Shown piece after piece: positions 20,303-30,600 of a DNA stretch of 64,000 bases. Source of the stretch: Alkalispirochaeta sp. (lineage in GTDB: Bacteria > Spirochaetota > Spirochaetia > DSM-27196 > Alkalispirochaetaceae); assembly GCA_965601925.1 (NCBI GenBank), contig OZ271854.1:1568001-1632000 (forward strand), read 5' to 3'. Numbering within the stretch: the first letter of the stretch is position 1; each line of letters starts with the position of its first letter. Under the pieces are notes generated by a model. The model saw only the letters and a list, made by a program, of their open reading frames with translations. It made no database searches and was not told where the DNA came from. The translations under genes were made by a program, and so were the position numbers.

Positions 20303-22183
20303 ATGAAACGCCGCTCAGTTCTCGCAATTCTTGGGGCTAATCTTGTGCTGCCGATGTTCTTCGGTGCCTTCGTCCGAGAACAATTCGTGGGTCTATTCAA
20401 TCCTCATCTCGATATGTCGGTGGGTGAACGTATTGTCTTCTCGTTCCGGCCGATTAACTTCGGCGCGGTAATAGTCTTCGGCACGTTGGCGCACGTCCTC
20501 GTAATGAGCCTGCTTCGCCCGCTCAACCTCTATATCAAAGGCCGCGAAGACCTCTATGAAAAGGCGCGTCGGGCGGCAATCCGTATTCCGTGGTATCTGA
20601 TGGGTTTGCAGGTGATTCTTTGGATAGCCGGCGTCACGGCGGTATACGGAATACTCTACCAATGGGACTCTCCGGGGGGAATCAGTTACGGCAAGGCGAT
20701 TCTCAACTCGGTAGCCACCGCACTTATCACCGGTCTTGCGGTCGCGCTCGCAATCAACGTGACTCTCGTGGAGTACAAGCAAAAACTCCGAATGACCTCC
20801 ATCCGAGAAGACGAAAAGGATATCTTTCTCGAGCTGAAAGACTATCTGATTCTCCTCGCCGTAGCCGTCAACATCGGTGTCTTCTTCGATCATATCGCCT
20901 ATTTCTACCGGACGGCGGAGTCGATCCCGGCGGCGTTGGAAAACCACTCCGGGGCGATACTTCTCGTTACCCTCTTCTACTCTCTCGTTCTCGTCGGACT
21001 GCTTGCCGTCTCGCGTCGGGAGATTTCCAAGCAACACAGCTTCCTTACGATGCGCCTCAAGGAGCTTGCCGAAGCGTCGAGCGACCTCACGCGCCCGATG
21101 TATCTTCTGAACTTCGACGAGCTGGGACGTATTACGGAACTGATGAATAGTTTCATATCGTCGTTACGCTCCCTCGTGGGGACGATCGTCGACGAGATAG
21201 AGAGCCTCCGGCACTCCGAGGAAGCGTTGGAAAAGGCCGTGGCCGAGGTCGACGTACAGGCCGCGAGCAACGGCTCCACGGTAGAGCAGGCCTCCAAACG
21301 CCTCGCCTCGACCAGAGAGGCGATCGACGCCTCCACACAGGCGGTTGCGGCGATCAGCGAGGGCGTCTCGTCTCTCGATCAGCAGATCGAGGAACAGTCG
21401 AGCGCCGTAGAGGAGTCTTCGGCGGCGGTCGAGGAGATGGTCGCCGGCGTACAATCGATCGGAAAGACGGTTCGCGACCTGGAGCAAATCTTCGGAGAAC
21501 TTCAAGGGTCGGTGCGTGCGAGTAGAGATCGGATGCTGTCGTTCAATCAACGCATGCAAGAGGTCGTCGTCAACGCCGAGAGTCTACAGGAGGCGAACCG
21601 CCTGATCAGTCAGGTCGCGAGCCAGACCAATCTCCTGGCGATGAATGCCGCGATCGAAGCCGCACACGCCGGAGAGGCGGGGCGGGGCTTCGCGGTCGTC
21701 GCCGAAGAGATTCGTAGCCTTGCCGAGAGCGCGACGGTCCAAAGTAAGCAGATCAAAGAGGCGCTTAACGCAACGACGGGGCTCATCGACTCCATCGCCC
21801 GGGACATGCAGGAGAGCGTCGGTACCTCGGAACGCATGGCGGAGCTTCTGGAAAACACGCGGGAGATTCAAAATGTCGTGCTCAACGGCCTTACCGAACA
21901 GCAGGCCGGCAGTCAGGAGGTGCTCACCGCCCTTCAGACGATGCGCGAGTCGACTATGACCGTCAAGCAGGCCGCCAGCGCGATGAACAACGATACGGAG
22001 TCGGTAAACCGCAGAATCAGCGAGCTCGCAGAAATCAGCGGTGATCTCGGGCACGCGATGAAGATGGTACGGGAGAGCAGCGTCAGCAACGCGCAATCGG
22101 TATCGGCGATGAAAGAGGAAAGCGGACGAACGCAGACGTCCTTGAGCCGAATCGCCGAGTTAATCGACGGTTTCCGGGTATAG
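20303..22183 (+). CDS. Methyl-accepting chemotaxis protein with multi-TM N-terminus and HAMP
   Basis: Signalling hairpin QTNLLAMNAAIEAAHAGEAGRGFAVVAEEIRSLAE; HAMP-like DELGRI; 5-6 hydrophobic segments. Confidence 0.93.
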   Translation: MKRRSVLAILGANLVLPMFFGAFVREQFVGLFNPHLDMSVGERIVFSFRPINFGAVIVFGTLAHVLVMSLLRPLNLYIKGREDLYEKARRAAIRIPWYLMGLQVILWIAGVTAVYGILYQWDSPGGISYGKAILNSVATALITGLAVALAINVTLVEYKQKLRMTSIREDEKDIFLELKDYLILLAVAVNIGVFFDHIAYFYRTAESIPAALENHSGAILLVTLFYSLVLVGLLAVSRREISKQHSFLTMRLKELAEASSDLTRPMYLLNFDELGRITELMNSFISSLRSLVGTIVDEIESLRHSEEALEKAVAEVDVQAASNGSTVEQASKRLASTREAIDASTQAVAAISEGVSSLDQQIEEQSSAVEESSAAVEEMVAGVQSIGKTVRDLEQIFGELQGSVRASRDRMLSFNQRMQEVVVNAESLQEANRLISQVASQTNLLAMNAAIEAAHAGEAGRGFAVVAEEIRSLAESATVQSKQIKEALNATTGLIDSIARDMQESVGTSERMAELLENTREIQNVVLNGLTEQQAGSQEVLTALQTMRESTMTVKQAASAMNNDTESVNRRISELAEISGDLGHAMKMVRESSVSNAQSVSAMKEESGRTQTSLSRIAELIDGFRV

Positions 22184-22224
22184 CGGGCGGCGCGTTCTCG
22201 ACGGCACGCGTTTTCAACCGACCG

Positions 22225-22332
22225 TTGGTGAATGGCCGTGAGTCGGTGCTCAGCAGACGGAGTTGGTTGCGTTCCTCGTACCTGCGGTACGCAACCGGTC
22301 TGAAGTCGCACCGCCACCCGGCCATTCACCAA
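22225..22332. repeat. 108-bp long imperfect palindrome between convergent MCP and dciA genes
   Basis: Terminal 14-bp perfect IR TTGGTGAATGGCCG/CGGCCATTCACCAA with nested arms CGGTGC/GCACCG, CAGAC/GTCTG, GGTTGCGT/ACGCAACC. Confidence 0.8.
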
Positions 22333-22386
22333 TATGAGCGAATTCTGTGCCCGATGCCGCTTGACGGATTGTGGGAAGAGGCGGAA

Positions 22387-22914
22387 CTATGCGTCGCCGC
22401 GGCGGCGTTCGTTCTCCTCGAGCGCGCGACGCAGACCGCTCAGGTGCCGTTGAAACTCGCTATCCTCCGCCGAAGATCCCATCGAGTGGCCGGTTTCGGA
22501 CTCCCGCGCCGCGCGGACACTCTTCGTCCCACCTTCACGTTTCGTATCGTCGACGGCAGGCGCGTCGTCACCGTTGCTCGGCGTGCTCCCGTCGTGCTGC
22601 ATGGGGACGTCCAGATGCTCCACGATCGTGAACGCGAGATATCGCGCGCCGAGGCTCGGAAATCGTCGCTGTATGGTCGCAACGATGCGGGTCCGATCCA
22701 TGTGCAGCCGTTGTACCCACGCCGGATGATCGACCCCCACGAGAACCGTTCCGTTTCGAATATCGAGTATCTTCGAGTGTGCGGCGCGGTCGCGCCCCAC
22801 GATACGCGGCCACGCGCGAACGAAGGGAACGACGCCCGTCTCATCGCGAGCCCCGACGGTGTCGATGAACCGCGTGATCAACTCACTGACTTTGTTCTCG
22901 CCTGAGTATGCCAT
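22387..22914 (-). CDS. dciA: DUF721 / DciA helicase-loader family protein
   Basis: WPRIVG...AHSKILDIRNGTVLVGVDHPAWVQRL; canonical position after recF. Confidence 0.8.
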   Translation of the reverse strand: MAYSGENKVSELITRFIDTVGARDETGVVPFVRAWPRIVGRDRAAHSKILDIRNGTVLVGVDHPAWVQRLHMDRTRIVATIQRRFPSLGARYLAFTIVEHLDVPMQHDGSTPSNGDDAPAVDDTKREGGTKSVRAARESETGHSMGSSAEDSEFQRHLSGLRRALEENERRRGDA

Positions 22915-23971
22915 CCTCAACCGAATATACCAGCGTATCGGCAGTACGATAAGCGTCGTACGGCTCACCGGGCAGAAACGTAAAAACGCGCTGCTCCGAA
23001 TCGGGTAGTTGCTCGACAAAAAGCGCGCGTCGCCTCGGGTCAAGCTCGAGGAGAACGTCGTCCAAGAGAAGCACCGGAAGACGGTGTGTCGCCTGCGAAA
23101 AAAATCGTGCCTGTGCCGTACGTAGAATCAAAGCTACTAAGCGCGTCTGTCCGGTTGAGGCGATGTGCATGAAGTCGTGCCCGTCGTATCGAAAGAGTAC
23201 GCGATCGCGATGCGGCCCGCTGGTCGTCGTGCGAAGTGCATACTCCTGGTCACGCCGCTCCTCGAGATGTCTCAGCACCGCATCCACCGAATCGAGATCG
23301 CGCCAACTCGGGCGATAATCCAGTATCAGCTCCGAGTCGAGCTCCGATATGAGACGGAAGGTGCGCGAAAAGACGTGGTTAAAGGCCTCCAGAACGCTCC
23401 GACGACGACGTTGAATCTCGAGGCCCACCTCGGCCAGCTCGATATCGTACACCGGCAGGAGATCGGTCATTCCCTCCTTGATGGCCTGATTGCGATTTCT
23501 CAAGATGCGCCGATAGCGTCTGAGATCGTCGATGTAGGTAGGCTGATACATGCTGAGAGTCTGATCGACGAACCAGCGCTGCATCTCGGGAGGGCCGTTC
23601 ACAAAAGCCATATCGTCGTGCCGAAAAGCGACCGACGGGATCAAAGAGACCATATCGCGGCGATCCTGAACGGGAGTGTCGTCGAGAGTGATACGTTTAC
23701 GTCCGTCCTGCCACCGAATCTCCAACCGATGCCGCCCGTCGCGACCGTCGAACAGACCGTCGACGGCCATTTCGCGTTCGCCCAAGCGGCACAACTCGCT
23801 GTCGCGGCGCGTGCGAAAGCTCCCGCCGTAGCTCAAAAGGTATAGGCTTTCCAGGAAGTTGCTTTTTCCCTGCCCGTTACGGCCGATCAAGAAGATTTGC
23901 CGCGCCGGAAGGTCGAGGAAGCCGTCTTGCAGGTTTCGAAATTGGTAGTAGCGGACCCGTTCGAATCCCAC
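22883..23971 (-). CDS. recF: DNA replication/repair protein RecF
   Basis: FRN, GRNGQGKSN Walker A, GPHRD, STGQ, LLLDDVLLELD. Confidence 0.96.
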   Translation of the reverse strand: MGFERVRYYQFRNLQDGFLDLPARQIFLIGRNGQGKSNFLESLYLLSYGGSFRTRRDSELCRLGEREMAVDGLFDGRDGRHRLEIRWQDGRKRITLDDTPVQDRRDMVSLIPSVAFRHDDMAFVNGPPEMQRWFVDQTLSMYQPTYIDDLRRYRRILRNRNQAIKEGMTDLLPVYDIELAEVGLEIQRRRRSVLEAFNHVFSRTFRLISELDSELILDYRPSWRDLDSVDAVLRHLEERRDQEYALRTTTSGPHRDRVLFRYDGHDFMHIASTGQTRLVALILRTAQARFFSQATHRLPVLLLDDVLLELDPRRRALFVEQLPDSEQRVFTFLPGEPYDAYRTADTLVYSVEDGILRREQSQ

Positions 23972-23985
23972 TCATTACCGACCGA

Positions 23986-25101
23986 CTACTGGATCTGCAT
24001 CGGCATCACGATATGAAAGTAGTTACCCTGCGGCTCCGAGTAGATCGTGATGGCCTTGTTCGCCTCGGTAAAGTGAATCGAGATCGCGTTGGAGTCGATT
24101 ACGCGCAGCGGCTCGACGAGATACGTGTAGTTGAGAGCCAGCGTCGTCTCCGGACCGTCGTACTCCACCGCGATATCCTCTCTGGCGACACCGACTTCGC
24201 TCTCCTCGCTCCGCAGATGCATCTCTCCCGGCGAGAGACCGAGGTAGATCCGCCGCGACTTCTCTACCAGTAGTGATACGCGCTTGAGCGCCTCCACAAG
24301 CTCGTTCTTGTCGAGGAGAACCGAGTGGTGTTGATGCTCGGGAATGACGCGGCGATAGTTGGGAAATTGCCCGTCGATGAGTGCCGAGGAGACGAGGTGA
24401 TCCTCAAACTCGAAGAACACGTGCTTATCCGCCACCGCCATGCGTAAGGTTCCCTCGCCGCTGGCGAGCTTGCGTACGAGGTTGAGTACTTTGGGAGGTA
24501 TGATGACGCCGGGAAACCCGCTCACGCTCGACGCCATCTCTTGGCTGATATAGGAAAGCCGTCGCCCGTCGGTCGCAACCATGACGAGCTTACTCTCATC
24601 GGGCTCGAGATAGACGCCGTTCATGAAAAAGCGCGTCTCGTCGTCGGATACGGCAAAAGCGGTCTGAGAAACCATCTCGACGAACTCGTTCTGGGGAAAC
24701 TCGAAATATCCGTCCTCGGGTGCGCGCGTTTGAATTTCGGGAAACTTGTCCGCGGAGATACTGCGAAGCTGGAAATCGATTTTCTTGAACTTTGGTCGAA
24801 TGACGAAGTTGTCACCGGTGCTTTGTGCGTTCTGCTCGAACTCGATGTCTCCCGAGGGAACCGAGCGGAGAATACCGAGAAGCTTGTCACAGAACACGGT
24901 GGTTACACCTGGTTCTACGACCGTTACCGGAATGGTCGTTTCGAAGCTGACCTTCAGATCGGTAGCCCGTACCGTCAACGTCCCATCCTCGGCATGAAGC
25001 AAGACGTTGGATAGGATCGACATGTTAGAACGCGATGCGATGATCTCCTGAGCGACCTGGATTTCACGAATAATGGGATCTCGTTCTACGGTGAATTTCA
25101 C
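23986..25101 (-). CDS. dnaN: DNA polymerase III beta clamp
   Basis: ATDL, VATDGRRL, GQFPNYRRVIP, IVMPM. Confidence 0.97.
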   Translation of the reverse strand: MKFTVERDPIIREIQVAQEIIASRSNMSILSNVLLHAEDGTLTVRATDLKVSFETTIPVTVVEPGVTTVFCDKLLGILRSVPSGDIEFEQNAQSTGDNFVIRPKFKKIDFQLRSISADKFPEIQTRAPEDGYFEFPQNEFVEMVSQTAFAVSDDETRFFMNGVYLEPDESKLVMVATDGRRLSYISQEMASSVSGFPGVIIPPKVLNLVRKLASGEGTLRMAVADKHVFFEFEDHLVSSALIDGQFPNYRRVIPEHQHHSVLLDKNELVEALKRVSLLVEKSRRIYLGLSPGEMHLRSEESEVGVAREDIAVEYDGPETTLALNYTYLVEPLRVIDSNAISIHFTEANKAITIYSEPQGNYFHIVMPMQIQ

Positions 25102-25128
25102 GGGTATTCAGGCTCCTTTCCATTGCGG

Positions 25129-25316
25129 ATTATATATAAAAGATAGTAGTAGCAGTAGTAGGGTACCGGGATTTGTGGAAAATGGGCTCAAATCATTCTC
25201 GGACCATGAAATAGAAGCATAATAACCCAGACCCTCTTTTCCCGACTTTGTCCACATATTCCCGGCGTACCGAGATATCCCGTTGTTATCCAAGCGATTC
25301 CCCATATCTATCCACA
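25129..25316. other. oriC: Probable oriC unwinding region (dnaA-dnaN intergenic)
   Basis: AT run 25129-25141; DnaA-trios TAG TAG TAG CAG TAG TAG at 25144-25161; GC cluster GGTACCGGG; box TGTGGAAAA at 25174-25182; further boxes TTGTCCACA 25248, TTATCCAAG 25286, CTATCCACA 25308. Confidence 0.85.
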
Positions 25317-25361
25317 TAATCTTATGGTTGAATCGGTCCGCCGTATCGCCCCGGGAGGCGA

Positions 25362-26780
25362 TTACGCGCGACTTCCTTCGTCTTTGATCCGTCGTATGAG
25401 CGTCTGAATGACGTCTTCGATCGTGGGATCGGTGCGCATGCGGCTCTCGATACGCTGGCAGGCGTGCATAACCGTCGTGTGGTCTCGCCCGCCGAACTCA
25501 AGGCCGACGTCGGTCATCGACGCCTCGGTGATCTCTCGAGCGATATACATCGCCAGCTGGCGCGGAAACGCCACTTGGCGAGTGCGTTTCTTACCTTTCA
25601 GTTCGTTGGGAGAGAGGTTGAAGTAGTCGGCGACGATGCGCTGAATGATATCGATAGTGATGTTGTTCTGCAGAGGACTCGAGAAGAAGTCCTTGAGCTG
25701 CCGTTGTGCCACCTCGACGGTCACCTCTTTGTTCACGAGCTCGGCGTAGGCGATGATCCGTGTGAGTGCCGCCTCGAGATCCCGAACGTTGGTGGTAATC
25801 TTCTGACAGATGAGATTGATGACGCCGTCGGGAACGTGCACCCCGGCGGCCTCGGCTTTCTTTTTGAGGATCGCGACCGCGGTCTCCATCTTCGGCGGTT
25901 GCAGATCGACGGTAAGACCCCGGGTGAAGCGATTTTGCAGACGCTCGGTGATGTCTTTGATTTCGCTCACCGGACGGTCCGACGTGAACACCATCTGCTT
26001 CTTGGCGTCGAACAACGCATTGAAGGTGTGAAAGAGCTCTTCCTGCGTCTCGTGCTTCTTCTGGAGAAAGTGAATGTCGTCGATGAGCAGCACATCGGCG
26101 TGGCGATACTTGTTCTTAAAGAGATGGGTCTTGTTCTCCTGAATGGAACGAATGAACTCGTTGGTGAAGTCTTCGGCGGTGACGTACACGATCTTCATGT
26201 TCGTGTCGTTTTGCCAGACGCTGTTACCGATCGACTGCAGGAGGTGCGTCTTGCCCAAGCCGACACCGCCGTAGATGAGACACGGATTGTAGGTCGTGCC
26301 CGGATTCTTTGCGATCGCCATCGCCGCGTTGGCTGCAAACCGGTTGTTGTCACCGACGACGAAGTTCTCGAAGGTGTATTCTCTGCTCAAACCGGGAGCG
26401 GTTCCGATCGGTTTGGGCTTGGCGACGGCGGTGCCGTTACGCGGTTCCGGTTCGGCCGCCTCGTGCTGAATCGTACGAGCGATACGCCGTTTTGAGGAAC
26501 GCTCCGGTGCGGGCGCTATCTCCGCCCGCCGGATTTCGAAGTCGAGCTGAAACGGACGTCCGGAGAGTTCGTACAGTTTTTTTTCGATTAAGTCGAGATA
26601 ACGCTGTTTTACTTGATCTCGATAAAAAGAAGACGGCACCATGACCGTAATACTCTGCTCTTCCGAGCGGGCGTATTCGATCTGCTGAAACCACATGACA
26701 AACTCCTGCTCGGAGATTTGGTGCTCGATGTGCTTCAGCGCTTCGTCCCAGAATACGTGATTATCGTGCCAATCGCTCAT
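25362..26780 (-). CDS. dnaA: Chromosomal replication initiator DnaA
   Basis: YTFENFVVG, YGGVGLGKTHL, LLIDDIHF, QEELFHTFN, FGGRDHTTVMHA. Confidence 0.99.
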   Translation of the reverse strand: MSDWHDNHVFWDEALKHIEHQISEQEFVMWFQQIEYARSEEQSITVMVPSSFYRDQVKQRYLDLIEKKLYELSGRPFQLDFEIRRAEIAPAPERSSKRRIARTIQHEAAEPEPRNGTAVAKPKPIGTAPGLSREYTFENFVVGDNNRFAANAAMAIAKNPGTTYNPCLIYGGVGLGKTHLLQSIGNSVWQNDTNMKIVYVTAEDFTNEFIRSIQENKTHLFKNKYRHADVLLIDDIHFLQKKHETQEELFHTFNALFDAKKQMVFTSDRPVSEIKDITERLQNRFTRGLTVDLQPPKMETAVAILKKKAEAAGVHVPDGVINLICQKITTNVRDLEAALTRIIAYAELVNKEVTVEVAQRQLKDFFSSPLQNNITIDIIQRIVADYFNLSPNELKGKKRTRQVAFPRQLAMYIAREITEASMTDVGLEFGGRDHTTVMHACQRIESRMRTDPTIEDVIQTLIRRIKDEGSRA

Positions 26781-26792
26781 ATATGCCCCGGT

Positions 26793-27047
26793 TTATCCAC
26801 AACTTATCCACACTTGTGCTTCGATCTCGGTTTTGAACAAGAGATTATAATAGCATAGCTCAAGGCTATTTCCAGCTAGAATGGCGGGTGAATTTGGGGT
26901 GTTTTATGCGATATGTCGGCCTCTAGAGAACCGTATTCGCCTGTGGAAAGTGTTTTCCACACTGTTCAACACGCATAATTGTCTATGAGTACGTTGTTTG
27001 GAGCCGATCGATAGAGTTATCCACAGATAATCCCCATATGTTCCACG
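26793..27047. promoter_or_regulatory. DnaA-box cluster upstream of dnaA (second oriC subregion / autoregulatory region)
   Basis: TTATCCACA at 26793, 26804 and 27017. Inverted pair TGTGGAAAG 26942 / TTTTCCACA 26953. Degenerate boxes at 27028 and 27039. AT-rich. Confidence 0.85.
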
Positions 27048-27125
27048 GACGGTGTTATTTATACTTCGATATATGGAGAATGTGTGTCTTTCGGGTCCGG
27101 GACGTGTTCCCGAACCCAAGGCGGC

Positions 27126-27494
27126 TCACGCATCGGCGTGGAGCGCGACTCTGTTTCCCTCGCTGTCCTCGAAGTGAGCGACAAATCCGAACTCGCCGAT
27201 CGGTGTCTTTCCGTTAATGATCGATCCGCCGGCCCGTTCGACCGCTTCCAAGGCCTTCTCGATACTCGCCACGCTGAAGTATACCATCGATCCTGCGCGA
27301 GACGGCGTGTACGACTCCGCCTGAACGAGGCTTCCCGTCGCAAAGGGCGCACCGCGTTCCATCGGAAACCACGCCATTCTCATCGGCCCCATCTCTTGTA
27401 GTGAGAGTTCGTAACCGAGTACCGCCTCGTAGAAGATCTTCGCACGATTGAGATCGGCAACGGGAATTTCAAACCAATTAACCGGATTGGGCAT
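27126..27494 (-). CDS. VOC/glyoxalase family protein
   Basis: NWFEIPVADLNRAKIFYEAVLG ... FEDSEGNRVALH; GAGGAGG RBS. Confidence 0.9.
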   Translation of the reverse strand: MPNPVNWFEIPVADLNRAKIFYEAVLGYELSLQEMGPMRMAWFPMERGAPFATGSLVQAESYTPSRAGSMVYFSVASIEKALEAVERAGGSIINGKTPIGEFGFVAHFEDSEGNRVALHADA

Positions 27495-27667
27495 ACGTTC
27501 CTCCTCGTCGTATTACTCAAACGGTAAGAAGAATCAATCGCAAAAAACAGTGGCGTTACCGACAATACCGCGAGGTCTTTACGACATCACAGCGCATGTC
27601 TTTGCATACACCGGTGCACCGTGCCGCTGCGCTTCTCTTCTCCGGGGAGCTTCTCTATACTCTGTTC

Positions 27668-30600
27668 ATGCACGGTTCGCCGCCTTTCGATCTCGAGCAC
27701 TTTCACCCGATCGTTGCGCAGTGGTTTGCCGAAGAGGTCGGAGAGCCGACACCGGTCCAGGCGGAGGCGTGGCCCCTCATCGCGACCGGAGAGCACTGCC
27801 TCATCAGCGCTCCGACCGGAACCGGTAAGACATTGGCGGCGTTCCTCATCGCCGTCGACGCGATCATCCGCGGCCACGAGGGGCGTGTACTCTATATCTC
27901 GCCGCTCAAGGCGCTCAACAATGACATCGAGCGCAACCTACAACGCCCCCTTTCGGCGTTGCGCCGCCGGTTCAGCGCTGCAGGCGAGGGTTTTCCGGAA
28001 ATTCGCGTCGGTGTGAGAAGCGGCGACACCGAGCAGTCCGAGCGTCGGCGGCTCGTCGCGCATCCTCCCGAGATTCTCGTCACGACACCCGAGAGCCTCA
28101 ATCTGATGCTCTCCTCCAAGAGCGGACTCCGCGGACTCGCCGGATTCACCACGGTCATTCTCGATGAGATTCACGCGGTACTCTCATCCAAGAGAGGAAC
28201 CTACCTCATGAGCGGTGTCGAGCGACTCGTCCCGCTGTGCGGCGAGTTCCAGCGTATCGCCCTCTCGGCTACGGTGCGACCGATGGCGCTGGTGGCCGAA
28301 ATTCTGGGCGCTTTTCGGCTGAAGCACATCGGCGAAGAGTACGAGTACGTATCGAGACGTGTACGTACCGTCGATGTACACAGTACCAAGCGATACGAGA
28401 TCTCCGTCGGCTTTCCCGAGGTCGGTGGGAATCGCAGAACGCCGGCGGAGATCGTAACGCCGGGGGAGGAGAGCGACGAGTGGTGGAACGCCATTACCGA
28501 ACGCTTAATCCGCCACATTCGCGTCAACCGCTCCACACTCATATTCGCCAATAGCCGACGAATGGTGGAGAAGATCGCGCGGTTGATAAATGAATCGGGA
28601 GAGGAGTCCGTCTACGCCCATCACGGATCGCTCTCCAAGGAGATTCGTGCCGTCGTTGAGGAGCGCCTGAAAGCCGGGGAGCTCTCGGCGATCGTCGCAA
28701 CGAGCTCTCTGGAGCTCGGTATCGATATCGGCGAGATCGACGAGGTCGTACTCGTTCAGGCGCCGTTCTCCATCGCCTCGACGATACAGCGGATCGGGCG
28801 CGCCGGACACGGGGTGGGCGCAACATCCCGTGCCACGATTTTTCCGATCCACTCCCGCGATTTGATCGAGTCCGCCGCACTGACCGAGGCTATCGGCGAA
28901 GGTGCAATCGAAGACGTCGATCCTCCCGAGAAGCCGCTGGACGTACTTTCCCAGATCATTCTCTCCACCGCACTCTTCGACCCCGTGTCGATCCATGACC
29001 TGTTTCTCCAGCTGCGCTGTATCCACGCCTACAGGAATCTCGGCCGCCGGGAGCTGGAGATCGTCGTGGAGATGCTTGCAGGACGCTACGCCGATACACG
29101 TATCAAGGAGCTCAATCCGAGGGCCATTTACGATCGCACGATGGGGACGATTCAGGCGCGGAAGAACGCGGCGATGCTCCTGTATATGTCCGGTGGGGTG
29201 ATTCCCGATCGGGGTTACTTCAATCTGCGCATCGCCGACTCGAAGGTAAAGATCGGCGAGCTGGACGAGGAGTTCGTGTGGGAGCGCTCTCTCGGAGAGG
29301 CCTTTCCCTTCAGCAATCGCGCCTGGCGCATTACCCGGATCACCCACAACGACGTCGAGGTCCTTCCCGCGGACCGGAGTAACACGATCGTTCCCTTTTG
29401 GATCGCCGACGACATATCGCGGCCCTTCGTCTTCTCCGAGCGTATCGCCGGCTTTCTTGAGAAGGCCGAGGCGTTGCTCAGCGAAAAACGGGATCTCGCC
29501 GGTGAGCTCGAACGCGTTCATCGTATGGAGCGTTTCGCCGCGCAGTCGCTGTACGATTATCTCAGTCTACAGCGGTCTCGCACCGGCTCCGCGCTTCCCC
29601 ATCGTCGCCACGTGCTCATCGAGCGCTATCACGATCCCAAGGGCAACGTCGACTCGATGCAAATCGTCATTCACACCATATGGGGAGCGGCGGTAAACAA
29701 GCCTCTCGCCATGTGCCTCTCCGCGGTGTGGAATGAACGCTTCGGGTATCCGTTGGAGACCTTCACCAATAACGACGCGGTTCTTCTCAACGCGGTGAGT
29801 GACTACGACGAGACGAAGCTGTTTCAGCTTTTGGAAGGTCGGGATCTTGCGCGACTCCTGCGCGAATCGATCGAAGGGGGAGGCGTCTTCGGAGCACGAT
29901 TCAGGGAGAACGCACAACGCGCGCTCCTCCTTCCGCGAAAGCGCTTTTCCGAACGTATGCCCCTGTGGATCAATCGTCTGCGCTCCAAGAAGCTGCTCCA
30001 GGCTACCTCTCGACACGAGGATTTTCCGATCATCCTCGAGACGTGGCGGGAGTGTATGCAAAGCGAGTTTGATCTCGAGCAACTCATAGAGCTGCTTGCC
30101 GAAATCCGTCACGGTGAGATAGCGCTCTCGTTTGTACATACCGATACGCCCTCGCCCTTCGCCGCCTCGATCCTGTGGCGCCAAATCGAAGTACTCATGT
30201 ACACCGACGACGCGGCCGCGCCGGATCTACGCACCTCCTTGAGCGATGAGTTGCTACGAGAGGTACTTCACTCGCCCCATTTGCGTCCCGAGATTCCGGC
30301 CGAGCTCGCCGAAGCGCTGCGACGAAAGCTGCAGCGCGTGGAGGCGGATTACGCCCCCGACTCGGCGGAGGAGCTTCTTGCGTGGGTCGACGAGCGACTC
30401 TACATTCCCGCTTCCGAGTGGCGCGAGCTTTTAGAGGCGATTGAGCGCGGCGGCGGCGATTCGTACGCGATCGTCGCCGCGGTGGAACACCGACTGTACC
30501 GTTACCAGCGGGACGGCGAGGTAATCGGTGTGCTTGCCGGCGAACGGCGCGCCTTCTTCGAAGAGGCCGTGGCCGGCGCGGTGGATCGGACACCCGACGA

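Noticed and set aside
25108..25317. 69-aa ORF between dnaA and dnaN (and 71-aa ORF at 26904-27119)
   Set aside because: These run through DnaA boxes and trios (the poly-Leu is the CTA repeat); they are origin DNA, not proteins.
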